Below are positions 50,513-63,686 of a stretch of DNA of 64,000 nt, piece after piece. The DNA is from Amoeboaphelidium protococcarum X5 (taxonomy: Eukaryota > Fungi > Aphelidiomycota), in assembly GCA_023515725.1 (NCBI GenBank), contig JALDTO010000207.1, positions 83,572 to 147,571 on the forward strand, given 5' to 3'. Positions within the stretch are counted from its first letter, which is position 1, and each line of letters starts with the position of its first letter. The notes beneath the pieces are model-generated. The model had not been told where the DNA came from. It saw nothing but the letters and a program-made list of their open reading frames with translations, and made no database searches. Both the position numbers and the translations under genes were made by a program.

Positions 50513-52945
50513 ATGTCTGGCAGGAAGCGTTCTAGAGCAGTGTAGAGTGACTCGTAGCCATCTGGAGGTGGTATCACCACCTCCAACAGTAGTACTGGCA
50601 TCCCAGCCGTTGATGAGTGTGCTGGTGTTGGCAGTAGTGTCGGCGTATCCGCCTCCTCAAGTTCTGGTCTGGCTGGGTGCGAGGCTGAAACAAGTGTTGT
50701 TAGCATGAATCAAACTGCTGATATCACTTCACAAAGTTCTGCTCAAGTCAGTGCTGCTTTCAATAGGTAGCTGGAGAATGAAGATGAAGATGACGACGAC
50801 GATTACGACTCTGATGATGGTCTGGATGATGAGCAGTTGGCGAAGAAGGTGAAGAGACGCAAGAAGTCGGAGAACAGCCATGTGTATCGCATTGAAGCGG
50901 CGTACAAGTATAAGCTGGATGAAGGCATTGGAGAGACGTTGAAGCTGCTGAGGTTGACTCGATCCGACGTATCTGTGCCACTCACTGGCGGTAGGCCTTT
51001 GGCTGTGAATAGTATGTAAGCCTACTAGAAGCATTACAGAGGATTGCGGTACTTTTTTGCGCTAATTGGTGACTACAGCTCGAGTTTAATGCTGCTTCCT
51101 AACCCCCCGCAGTACACACCGTCAATGAACGCCAAGAGCATCATTTTGTTTATCAAGTTCAAGCGTAATGAGAAGGGTTCTTTGCTAAAAGACGAGAATG
51201 GCAACGCTGTGAAATGTGTCTATGGGCACGATATCAAGTGCTAGGGTGGTTGGAATATGCCACAGAATGTTGACCAGTTGTTATCGGCTGTCTCTGTGCT
51301 GCATGATAGTCGTAATTAGAGGGGGGAGTACAGAGATATCTGCGAAGAGTGCATCCAACGTTCTGAGCGTGGTGATAGATCTGGCTGTCGGTTCCATCCG
51401 ATGGCTCCTCGTATTTGGCTGGGTGGAGATCCAAAGAATTCTTCCCTCATGACTAACATGTAGAGATTGAACTCCCGCGATGGATGCAGCTACGTGTCCG
51501 AAGGCAGCTAGCCGCTCACACCTTGGGAATTACTACGTCTCCGCGAGTATTTCATCTCGAAAAATGATGCGAAGTCATTCATGATGTGGACGATGATTAT
51601 CGTTAGTATCAAGCTATTTCTGCGCAATGATGAAGTCACCGATTTGAAAATTCATGATCCTAGGCTGGAAAATTGTCTCAACAAGGATCTTGCGACCTTT
51701 CAAAGTGATGGCAGTATATCTTCCCTTGCTTTCTACATTAAAGGCAAGTCTGATCGTGTTAGAGTGTGCTTGACTCTTTGGACGGATTATGATGTGCCCG
51801 AATTGTGCCCGGTTCGTGCGCTTTTGACGTGGATTTTTATTTCTGGGATTAGAACTGGATTCTTGTTCCCTCAAGAGAGTACACTGGATGCTGTGAAGCA
51901 AGTTGGGCATGCGGCGTACAACATCTCTTACGTATCTTATCATAGGCAGTATCAGAAAGCTTGTAAGATTGCTACCGGCAATCCCGATGGTAAATTTGGT
52001 ACGCACACTAGTAGGAAGACTGGCTATTTGCTTGCTGTTTGGGGAATGGGATCAGAGATTGACATCACTAAGAGTGCGCGACACGCTTCGTCCGCTAATG
52101 CCGCATTGTATAAGAAGGATGCTAGCTATTTGCTAGAATTAGCGAAGACTAGACGTTTGGACGTGTCTTCCGTGGTAAGCAAATTCAGATCAGCCTACTG
52201 TGAGTAGCTATAGATGGCTCGCAGTCTGAATGCTGCCCATTCTAGAGGCAATTTTTGTCTGCAGCAGGTGAGTCAAGAGATTGTTCGTAGCTTATGTGGA
52301 TTATCTGATGTTGATGCAGTTGGTGGACCTAGAGTGATTTACGATGCACTTCTCCAGTTGCAGAAGAAAGAGACTGTGCTGCAGCTTATTGAGGCAAAGT
52401 TGAAAGAAATTGCACCTAATGCCACTCCGGAGGAGATTAATGAGCTGCGTAGGATGCTTGAGCTTTATGCGAATGGATTGATTGCTGCCACTCAATCAGC
52501 TAAGTTGAAGTAGCCAAAATCTACTCTGACTTCTCAATAATCTTCTTCCAGATAGTTACGTGAACAAGCTGCGGTTCACTCTGATGATGAACTCTATGAA
52601 TCCGATGAAGAAGACACTGACGTAGCTGATGTTGTACCTGCCATCACAGCTGTTCAGTAGGATGAAGTTGTGAATGATATGCCTGGGAGAGAGAAAGTGA
52701 GAAAAGCGAAGACTGCCATGGCGAAGTTGGAGGCCATTCTTGCAGTGGATGATCCTGGCTCAACCGTCGGGTTATCAGCTGGCGCCAAATCATTCTACGT
52801 GAAGCAATACTGCCCGATCATGAAATGTCTGAGAAAGCACTTTGGCGGTGATTTGGATAAGTTCATCGCACATTGGGGGAACTTCAAACCAACTAGCTTC
52901 AAGACAAACAATTGCTCTGGTACCATGGATGAGTGTAGTATTTGA
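50513..52945 (+). CDS. Tyrosine recombinase (810 aa), Crypton-like
   Basis: Intronless frame joining five standard-code ORFs. Catalytic set LFLRNDE (R), IKGKSD (K), CPVRAL, THTSRK (HxxR), ARH (H), ALYKK (Y). Confidence 0.85.
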
Positions 52946-53197
52946 ACAAGACAGATAATATGGAGACTGAGATTGAAAGTGGATTTAATACAAAAAGTTT
53001 AATGCAAAATCATTGAGGATTTGTTTGAAACAACTGACTTGTCTGTTTTCTGCGAGATCACCGTCGCGCGCTCGATCGCTCGCGCATTCTTCCAACGTCA
53101 ACCTTAACGGTTTCCGTTTTTGCACTTTGCACTTTTAACAATAAGAGCATTTTACTTGCAGAGCATAACATCTTAACTTAATGACACGGTGAATAGT

Positions 53198-54211
53198 ATG
53201 AGATAGCTTCTGTCATAAAGATCAGGTACTAGTGATATCAGTGTTGCTGATAATTGTGTCCACCTGAGTGGATAGTACTCGAAGTATATTAGTACTTTAC
53301 GCGGCGATGGTGTTGGTGTGTAAATACTGGGAGATTTACCTTATGCTGAAATGGTACGCATTGATGGAGTGTCTCATTAATTGTACCAGCTGCTGGTTAA
53401 TTCCATCTCGCCGTTGAGTGCAATGATGGTTTAGATATTGGAAAAGTTTTTACAGGATACCACAGCTCTGAGATTGCCGCTGATGCCTTGGTCACTTCAG
53501 GATTTAATTAACAAGGAGTTTAGGGGTCAGTTGAGAAGATCTGGTTGGAATGTGAATTAGCCTACTGTTGGTATGCTTCTGCAACTGATCGCCGCTGAAG
53601 ACTTCACGTCTGTAATTGATCAGAAGGTGAAAGTGTACTCAAATGGGACTGAGGTTGATCGTAGTAGGAGGAATAGATAATGGAGACATCCTCTAGTCAT
53701 GTTGGTTAGTAATTCCACCACAACGGCTGAAAAGTCTTATACTTACTGCTTTGGTGCATAGTAGGAGTGTTTACCTTATTCTGATGCATCGGCTAGAGTC
53801 CGCTCATAGTTATCGGATGCTTAACGCCGTCTTGTATCCACTATGGATCTGTTTAACATCAGTCCTTAGGAGTTACCATATGATGTATCCGATATGGTGG
53901 ATAGTTTTGAGTATAGATCGAGTTATAATCAATTGATCACTTTCACCTTTGTCAAGATGATGCATCTCACCTCCACGATGTCTATTGAAGATTTGATTAT
54001 TCATCCGCATTGGCTCCTGAGTATAATAGAGTTGCACCTGGTTGGTGGCGTCAATCAGTTCTCCACCAGATTGTCTTCTAAAGAGTTGGCCAGTGTGAAG
54101 TGGTTACTCTCTATGCAGCTAATCAAGACTGAAGAGAGTCACTATTGGCGCGCAGTAGGATCACAGCTTATGGCTGAAGCTGCAGTTTAGTTACTAGAAT
54201 TTAAAAATTGA
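53198..54211 (+). CDS. Orphan hypothetical protein (337 aa), possible partner/cargo of the YR element
   Basis: Open ATG-TGA frame under table 6, intronless and co-oriented with the YR gene. Confidence 0.65.
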
Positions 54212-54477
54212 ATTTAATTATATATTTATCATCTACATAGTGTCTTTGACTATATGTTATCAACTTTTGTCTCATGATAAACTTACTACTACTATAAGTA
54301 GTGAAGCGTATTCCACGCGTCATTAGTATATGTCGTGTGATTAAGTCAAGTCAAATAAAATGGTATGAAGTAAAGGTGAGAATCAACTAATATGATAAAT
54401 GAAATTAGATTAAAGCAAGACCATAATCATAATTACACCACGATACACTACTCGCCTCATAGAGAAAGTCAGATTGA

Positions 54478-55092
54478 TCAACGGTATCTTCTAAGAGACA
54501 AAGTGTTACGACGCAGCCAGTTCTGACGACGACCACTGCCAATAACCTTGTTAAAGCGATGACCCTTGCCCAGACCACGACTCTTCTTACCAGCTGCAGT
54601 AAGACCACGCTCTTCACGTCTCTTGTGCACAGCCTTGCAGATCCAGTTGATGCGAGGATCATTTCTAATGGCGGTGTGAGATGGGTCCACCAAGATGACT
54701 TCATAGTACTTATAAGTAGAGTCCTAGTTAATCCAGTAGCTGTTCAACACGCGCAGGTTCATAGCCTTACGAGCGACACGCTGCTCAGCCTTGACACGCA
54801 GGGAGCGCTGAGGCTTCAACTGAACAATACCCTGAGTCTTTGGCTTACCGTAGTTGATACCCTTAGCGACCTGACGCTTTCTGCCACCACGGCGAACACG
54901 CACGCGATAGATAACGTAACCTTGCTTAGCCTTGTAACCGAGTCTTCTAGCCTTATCTGGACGGGATGGTCTGGATGCACGGTGGATGACGTTCAACTGT
55001 CTGTACTCCCAACAACGGACTCTCAGCAAGAATCTCAACACATCGCTCTACTTCTTCTTGTACAATTCTTCAATATACTTATAAGCACCCAT
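54478..55092 (-). CDS. RPL15: 60S ribosomal protein L15 (204 aa)
   Basis: MGAYKY...KQ(TAG)[17 protein letters not shown]...NSYWINQ(TAG)DSTYKYYEV...LSLRRYR. Confidence 0.97.
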
Positions 55093-55349
55093 CTTGATTC
55101 TGATTTATATAAATTTGATATTTCAATGACCTAATCTAATTAAGATAAGATGATGCGATTGAAATGCAAAAATTGATTAGTCGACATTTTCGGTTAAGGT
55201 TGATCGAGCGCGCTGATCAATCTGGTGCTTCAAGAGATGATCGCGTCTCACTGATGGAATGAAAAGAGCAGCAGCTTGTATGTTTCAAAAGAGCTTAAAC
55301 ATGCAAGAGCGCATATCACTGTATCATTATATTAACTTAGTCACATCAC

Positions 55350-58300
55350 TCAATTGCCCTTGCTATCATGGAGACTTATATCATGAATCTGCGTCAACTT
55401 TGAGTTTGGCTATACAATCACTTGATCATTTTTGTTCTAATATTCCAGTTCCACAATATCGGCAGCATCGGTATCAGCAGGATTGCTACTGGAATCTACA
55501 GTTATCAGTATCTCCGGCAACAATATTTTACCAAATACTGTTGACATAAGCTAAAGAGTGCACAGTATATGATCAATACCATGAGATTTCATTGAAAACT
55601 ATCCCTTGGTTTTACCAACAATCACCCAGCGTTAAGGATTTTAGATAACCTCATACTGTAATTTGATATCTGGTTATTTCTGCGCATCTTTACCACCTTG
55701 AGATGTTTACAAGCACTTAATGGCAATCTTCACTGGCGCTAATTATTAAGAGGTAAACATTTAATCACCAAAATCCCATCGATATTAAACTCGGTACGGA
55801 GGCAATGATAGTGGAACTCTGAATGACATTTTAGACTAACTATCTTCAGTACCATCAAAGCATACCTTTAAACCTTTCTCAGAAGAAGCGGACTGATATA
55901 TAAACTTGAGACACGAGAGAAGTTGATCAATGAGAACAGAGGATGGAACGCCAGAATGGTAAGCCTGAGTCAAGTGCTTCTACATCACTTTATACTCAAA
56001 TGAAGGAGCTCTCAACTAGCGATACATTGCATTCTTCAGCAACTGGTAAGATGTCGGAGAATCATCATTCTACTTCAAAAAGTGAGCCAATCTAAAGGGA
56101 TGATACGGAGCTGGATGAGACAATGCAAGTCGACGGAATAGAGCTGCCTGATTACAAACCTTTCTATCAAACACTTCCCTCCCAGTAAGAATCCCCGAAA
56201 TAACGTACAAAGTGAGAAATCGACCGTACTGCAGTAATTATGGGGACATCTTATTGATAGCAGAAGTAACCATATCAAAAAGACTGCAAACTATGACATC
56301 CTCTATATGAACACATGTGAATGACACTTGAGTTTCACACTTTAAACCATTCTCAGTTGTAACGATAAATTAGTTGGAATGAATCTAATGACTAAAGAGG
56401 GTGATATCAGAGACAGAGTTTCGCCTATCTACAGATTTCCAATTATCAAAATCTACGGTAAGGTTTCTAAAGAACATTGGATGCTCGGTCAGCGATTTAA
56501 CCTGTACGTTCACTAAGACTTGATCTTTATACAGCATTTTACGTGTTACAGTAACTTCTACAGGTTTTCTGAAATCCATAATCTCCTGGTGCTTGATACT
56601 GATCCCTCCGGCCGATAACAGCATTGTCAGAATATCAAAGCCAAACTCTGGCACTGTAACAGGACATCGAATAACAACTTTCGTGTCTCGCTAGATCTAT
56701 TACTTAACTGACAATTTGCGCCCCTCTTAGAATAGCAATTCTGCTGTACCTTAGCCATCTGTACCGACATTAATATAAGCCTTGGTAAACTCTACAGCAG
56801 AATCGGATTGTAATTGCAAATCAAAACCATCAGGCAGTTCACAAAGATTAGAGTCAAGATGAATTACAACATCAAAACAGTCATCGCCGCGGTATTCAGG
56901 ATAGCCTAATAGGTGCAGATCCTTCATGGAATGTCGTATATTGACGAGCCGCTTCGGTTCATCAGGTAGTACCATCATTTTCACCAACTTTACACACTAT
57001 CCAATAGAAATAACAATCTGACTAATACAATAAGTACCACTGGGAACCAACTGATTGCACTTTAAATACACTCTATTCAATCCAGGAGATAACACTATAC
57101 CATCAGGTGAATTATCAGAGTGGTACATGATCTGAGAATTAACTTTGCTGTACGCAACGACAGAGATCTCATCCACCTTGAACTACGGAAGTTGAGATTC
57201 GATGCTGATGCAAAGAGTCTTTCCGCAATCCAAAATCTAATTCTCAGCCTGACCACTAACGTCGATATTAGGAACAAGAGCCGCAGAGAATAACAAATCC
57301 AAATTGCATTCAATCATATTATCAGCTGGCAATTTTAAAGCTAAATCTTTGAATTTCTAGCAATACAACTTTAAGTCAGAGTCTTTCAATATATCGCGAC
57401 GTGATAATAGCATAAGTAACACATTCATGGCATCTTATTTACGTTGCAACTATACTAAACAACTAAATAAACAATCGAGCGCATTGATATCTATCATAGT
57501 CAGAGATTGGATAAACTACTTATTATTCAGACTCTTGCTCAACACAGTTTATTGTTAGTTAGCCTCAGCCACCAATTGTAAACACTCCATTATACTATCG
57601 GCACTCTCTTTATAAAGTCCTTTGTGGTACTAAGCAAGACTAACGTGTATGCGCACAACTTTATTGGCTCCATGCATTCCACACTATTAAGTGTATTCTA
57701 CGCATTACTAACATACAGTCATAAAAGTATCATAAAATTAATCAAAACTACTCAAACACTATTTAATAATCTCATTAGATAGATTTTTGTAGTCTGCAGT
57801 GGATTGCCTTTCAGTAGACTTAAATGCTGAGCCTGATATCGAGCCAATCTTCCACACAGACCATCCGATTACGTCTAGAATGCTTTTTATATCCAGTAAA
57901 CACTCAACTTTAAGTTCTTTAAATCTCTTTACTTCTGCAGGACTCCCATCCACCTTAATCTCAACAGTAGAATTACCAACTCCACCAAAAGTATTATAGC
58001 CTTACTCTATGAGATTAGAAATCAGATTTAAAACATCATGATAAGCAGAGTACTTCCAAGATTCGACAAAGTAAGGCCGTAGATTATCTTAACGTCTACG
58101 CAGCCGCCGACTCAGATGGATAATAAACAACTTACTCCGCAGCAGAATCTCTATAAGTAAATTATACTGAATCTTCGACGGGTCTTTCTGTTCATTATGA
58201 CGCAAAATCAGGTAAATCTATCTAGCAAACAAATAACTCCAGAAATCGAATATGCTTATGCTATTACTTCTAATCAAGTCGTGATAAGATTTCTTGTCAA

Positions 58301-59206
58301 AGGCGAATATACTTGACGAATCATCCGTATGGTCACCGCCACCCACATTAGCACTCCAAGTAATCAACTATTAAGACTGACTGCTATCCGTTATCTGCAC
58401 CAATGTACTATCCATAGTTTGAATGAACAGATGATCCAACTCTTGATAGAGGAGCAGAGATTCATTGTACAGCGACAGAGATTCGTAAACAAACGCCAAT
58501 TACTCTTTGACTAAAAAGAAGTTGAGGTAATTAAATCCAGGCATAGATCGAGATTGGTCCAACCTCTTGACATCCTCACTCAATTAATTAAGTTTCAGGG
58601 AAGCCGCTTAGAGAGCAGCATCAGTCAATCTCGTAATCACCTCATCAACACCATCTTAATCTAGAGATACCACATTCCGACTCTTGAATTCACTCTTCAA
58701 TTTGTCAACAACACTGCTGGAAGAGTTAAATGTCAGCAGGAGGAAGCGGCGATTAGAATCTTGCAATTACCTGCACTTGATTTTCAACTACTTTAACTCT
58801 GCCTCATCATTAAACTTTATGACTAAAAGATACACGAGGGGAGGTGATTATACACTTATACTATTAGCGGATATATTTCCACCAGCACTACTTATAGGAG
58901 TCGATGGTACGATGGAAGGAAGAGGACTAGAAACACTTTACATAGATGAAGAACTTCCTTACTAAACCAAGCCAGATGTTGCACCTGAGCACTGAATAAA
59001 GTTGAAGTTGACACAGTTCAGAGTAACCTTGTCCAAGCCTTTAATTTAGGACTTCCACTCGATATTTCTGACTGGCAGAGCATTGCGTATAATTGGCTAA
59101 ATGTCATCCCAGATTTTATAATCATCAAAATCTACAAATAAAGAGTATTAACTTAACACCTATAAATATTACAGGCAGCTTTTAAAAACTTACATTAAAT
59201 GTTCAT
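55350..59206 (-). CDS. TRS130: TRAPP II subunit TRAPPC10/Trs130 (~1264 aa; intron 59132-59193)
   Basis: N-terminal LPVRNIEWKS, FFLVKEQLAFVYESLSLYNESLLLYQEL, C-terminal WVIVGKTKG...GKILLP. Fragments share one frame. Confidence 0.75.
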
Positions 59207-59568
59207 GGCAATGCCTTTATTATTAAAGTGAATGATAATCTAGTGTACGTGCAATAGAATGAATGATACGATAAACCTTTTGACGTGAACAAGAGAGAGG
59301 AACTGAAACGAATTAAATTCTCAACGCGCTCTGAAACTGGAACGATTTTGGCACGAGAAAATGTGTTAGGTACTCGAAATGTACTGCAAGATTTCTATAC
59401 AATAATGTTAATAGTAAGCCATTAACAAGCACACAATAACTTTTCAAAGACAGGCTATTAGGAAGATTCTTATTAAATTTTTCCAAGCAGTCAACATGCA
59501 GAGATGAAAATATAACGCGTTCTCTATTTCCCATATTTTTCAATTGATTTCACACTTCTTGAGCAATT

Positions 59569-62493
59569 TCATAGTTGATGGAGACAACGGTCTAGCAGAG
59601 TTTTAATATTTGCAGCATGGACACCGCAGTCAAGAGAGAGGACACGAGTCACGTGATCCTGCTTCAGTACAATCTTCAAGTACCTGTTCTCATATAAACA
59701 GTGACACGCAATGGTACTGTGATTGATCCGGTAAAGAACTTCATCTACACCATTCTCCCTGGTAAGACACACCATCTCCGAGGAGTTAATCAACAGTAAT
59801 ATCTTCTTATTGTTAATCTTTACAGAGAATTACTTGTACATTGCGTACTTCCAAGTCAGAACCTGATTCAAATAATCATCGACGCACTACTAAGCTGTAT
59901 GATCAGCCAATTTCATCCACTGCTGACTAAAGTCGGCTAAAGGAGAATACTACACGTCATTAGTGGATTAAGCATCCGGTATAATAAATCTGCCTTATTA
60001 AAGTTGATTATCATTCACCTAGGGGCCTTTTCCATTTTCATTAACCTTCCTAGGAGTTGTCAGAAAGTGTTTAATCAACATGGTTCCGGACCGTTTACTG
60101 ATACCAGACATCGTACGACTTCTGCTATGTCTTTTCAACAGCCAATCCGGTAACAGCTGGCAAATGGCAGTGTTCACTTTTGACACGTCATACTTTCCAT
60201 AGAGAGAAAAGGTCAATATAGCACTCAAATGCACCGCCTACGAGACACTCTGACGATCGAGACAATAATCTCCCATAACAAATTACTGATGGAATTGTGA
60301 AGCTAATAGTAACTTTTCAGATTAAGTCAGAGTACCAATAGCCTAATCATCGCCAGAACAAGACGGTATCCAATTTATACTCAACGCCAATATGAATTGG
60401 GAACAGTCAGTAACATTCTGATCCATATTTTTGAGTATTTTCTGCTCATGATTGTACAATAAATCTGCAACGTATTCATGCGGTTCCAACAGCCTATTGC
60501 TCTACTACGGGAAGACCAGACCAAAAGACACCTGCCCGGGTGAGGATTCATTTTCCAACTGCAAGTCTTCACAAATCATATCAAGTAAAGTCTCACATGA
60601 GCACAAACTATCGACCGCGTATACTTTGACAATGTCCATTCTACATTTAACAGTGACTGCAATCTTCTTTGCCACGTTCGCAGTTATGAAACTAAGTACC
60701 TCAACTCTGCTAGGTGGGCATTTTCTCTACTGGACTTGATGGAACTGTTATGCAGATTCCAGTACCTGCATGGATTTAGAAGCATATTGATGTGCTATTA
60801 GGCCGGAACTACTACAATTTAGATGCCATTGCAAAACGGAGCGTATAAATTGAACTGTCAGACTTTCAATATGAGTCAACTAGCATAAATGATCCTTGAA
60901 GAATGTGAAGCAGAGTAATAGCAACTACCAGCATTACAGCGTGTAAGAGCTCTCCGGATAAGGATGGTCAATTGTCTATTTCAGCAACTGCAGCAGCAAT
61001 TCCGTCTATAACGATTAATGAGCCAGGCAAGACTGAATTAATGCCTGAACCAAAGCACAGTGATATCCAACGGCATCATCAGTAATCACTATAGAGGAGA
61101 AGAGCATTATTGCCTTATTAATACACAGTGCCTCATTGCGGAGATAATCAGAGCATAGGGACGTTAGAGAGCTGCTGAGTCGGCAGTTTTAATAAAAGAA
61201 ATCATTCAACTTTAACCAGTCAGGCAGGGACTCGATCAACATATCATTGTCGTGATAATGGAATAAATGATAAATTGATTACTGCAGTGTAGATTAACTG
61301 CCAAGTGTCGGAAAGCACAAACAGCCCAAGTGATCAATCCAACGTTCAAATTCTTTAGTGCGCTTACATGTGAACCAAATTTGATCTTGCCAACTCTGGG
61401 CATTGCTGCTACTCACAAGACAGAAGCTATAAATCTGCCGAAAGTTATGCGACGCTGCAGAATGATAAATGCTCTCCAACGACTGTGCTTAGTGGGCACC
61501 ATCACCACAATGATGAGCTTCGCAAACCAGATTCTACTTGCCAGATTCTACATGCAACTAGTATTACTTATGATCCACAACGATAGATAACAGTGGGGTC
61601 ATAGACTTGTGGTTGTAATAAATTAACAATTCCTCCCCATTAAGGACGACATAACGCGTCTTAGCTACACCTTTCATAAAGACGTTGAGGTAGCCAGAGA
61701 TCTTCACGCCACTCAGACTGGCACCACGCAGCTGAATCACACGTAACAATTGACTATTTATCATTGTAACGAACAGATCAACATCAAGGGCGCAATCAAA
61801 CTAGAATATATACGCTGATTACTTTTTCTTTACAACCACGCGCAATTACAAGTTCTCCACCTGCAACATTTCTTATATGTGCTTCAAAGCAATACAAAAC
61901 TTTGGTGTTGCATTTCTACTCTCCGATTGATACTGATCTTTGAAAAAGAAGAGCACACCATCCTGAAGAACACAGAACCGCTACTTGAAAAGGCCTAAAG
62001 GAGAAGACGTTGACTTGACGCGCACCTCGATTCCAAAGTCTTGATGATCTTCGGTATTGCCCGACTATTTCTACTTCTTCAATAAAGCCAACTTGCTACC
62101 AACAGATTACACGTTCACTACATTTTGTTTAACGCTGTGCATTGATGATCGCGGGGTGGCGTTCAGAGACAATGAGCGCGGAGTGACAGCAGCAACATAA
62201 CCACTATTGTACATCGCAGGTGACGACATTACCAAGTTATCAGAAGTAGCAATTGGGTTAGGTTCTTATGAGCTAAACTAGGCGCGTTTCTCTATCAACA
62301 TGCGCGTAGCTTCCTTCAGACTATAGTTATTAAGTAGACTTGGTGACATGTCGATAGGATTAAGGATCTAGGTGGAGACTACATTTACCTGCTACTCCTC
62401 AGCCATGCCATCCAACGCGTCATGCAATCCTTGCAAGCTTTCCTCTAATTCACTCTATTAGGCCAAATGTTCAATAATTAGAGACTCGCGCAT
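59569..62493 (-). CDS. PH-PH-MyTH4-FERM protein (PLEKHH/MAX-1-like, ~974 aa)
   Basis: Two PH domains (KQRFCVLQDGVLFFFKD; GYLNVFMKG...RYVVLNGEELLIY), MyTH4 LQTELLLQLLKQT...QCWQLL, then a FERM-like region. Confidence 0.7.
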
Positions 62494-62850
62494 ATCAGTC
62501 AAGTTTTTAGCAGTTTTTTTTTTCAATACAAAGTTAAACTTGAAGTATTAAGGACGGTAAAGATTTCGACAAAGCCGGCGTTTTGATCAAAGGAGAGATA
62601 AAAAATTAAAGAATTCATTAGGTAGTAATGCAGCAAAGTAGTTAGTTAAACCAGGACAAAGGCTAAATAATATGAAAATTATGTCATATTTAAACTACAT
62701 ACAGAAGAAGAATTAAGTAAAGCGGTACTGCAAATTCAGATATTTATTTAAGCGATGAACATAATTTCAAAAGTTCTCATAAATAGAGATAATTTGAAGG
62801 TGTTTAAAAACACCATTTTGCGTGTATATAAAACCAACACAGATGAGCAC

Positions 62851-63231
62851 TCACTTGCTGGAAGTGTACTTGGTGACAGCCTTGGTACCTTCAGAGACAG
62901 CATGCTTAGCCAACTCACCAGGCAGCAGCAGACGGACTGCAGTCTGAATCTCGCGAGAGCTGATGGTGCTCTTCTTGGAGTAGGTAGCCAAACGACCAGC
63001 CTCACCAGCGACACGGCCAAAGATGTCATTGACAAAAGAGTTGAGGATAGACATAGCCTTGTTGGAGATACCAACATCAGGATGCACCTGCTTCAACACC
63101 TTGTAGATGTAAGTGGAGTAACTTTCCTTACGGCTCTTCTTGCGACCACCAGCCTTAGCGTCAACCTTAGGCTTCTTTCCAGCAGGTTGCTTAGATGCAG
63201 GCTTCTTTGCAGCTTCAAACTTTGGAGGCAT
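62851..63231 (-). CDS. HTB: Histone H2B
   Basis: [18 protein letters not shown]...[30 protein letters not shown]. Confidence 0.98.
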   Translation of the reverse strand: MPPKFEAAKKPASKQPAGKKPKVDAKAGGRKKSRKESYSTYIYKVLKQVHPDVGISNKAMSILNSFVNDIFGRVAGEAGRLATYSKKSTISSREIQTAVRLLLPGELAKHAVSEGTKAVTKYTSSK

Positions 63232-63686
63232 ATTGTTGAATATATAAATTGATGTGTTATTAGAATTAACAAACTATTTCACTGTAACAAAACAAAGAAA
63301 AGAAGTGAATAGGTCGAGGCGGCGTTCTTGTTCGGCGCGAATTGGAAAAAGTTTCCGTTTCAGTTTCTCGCTCTCGTCTTAGGACAAGCGGCACCAACAC
63401 AGAAAGAGAGAGAGAAAGCGCTCGCTCCATAAGCCACTGGATTTTCAGCGACGGTTTTACTCGCCTCATCGCTGAAACGGGCAAACACACAAACATCAAC
63501 ACACAGAGAGAGTCAATGAGACAAAGAACGAAAACAGAAAAGTGAAACGAGAAAACTCTCAGCGCGGCCGAACAAATTCTCGCGACGCCTCAACTTCTCT
63601 CTCTTCCTCTCTTTGTGTGTGTTTGGAATTTACAACTATTACAATTCTATACAACTCTCTTATCAACAACTTACTTATTCACTAAA

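Noticed and set aside
50513-54211. DIRS/Ngaro retrotransposon, prophage or Starship
   Set aside because: No RT/RNaseH, split repeats, phage genes or large cargo; the flanks are ordinary host genes.
54559-55134. 191-aa plus-strand ORF, and similar ORFs at 62755-63252, 21482-21910 and 51614-52006
   Set aside because: Antisense shadows of RPL15, H2B, ABCG and the YR gene.
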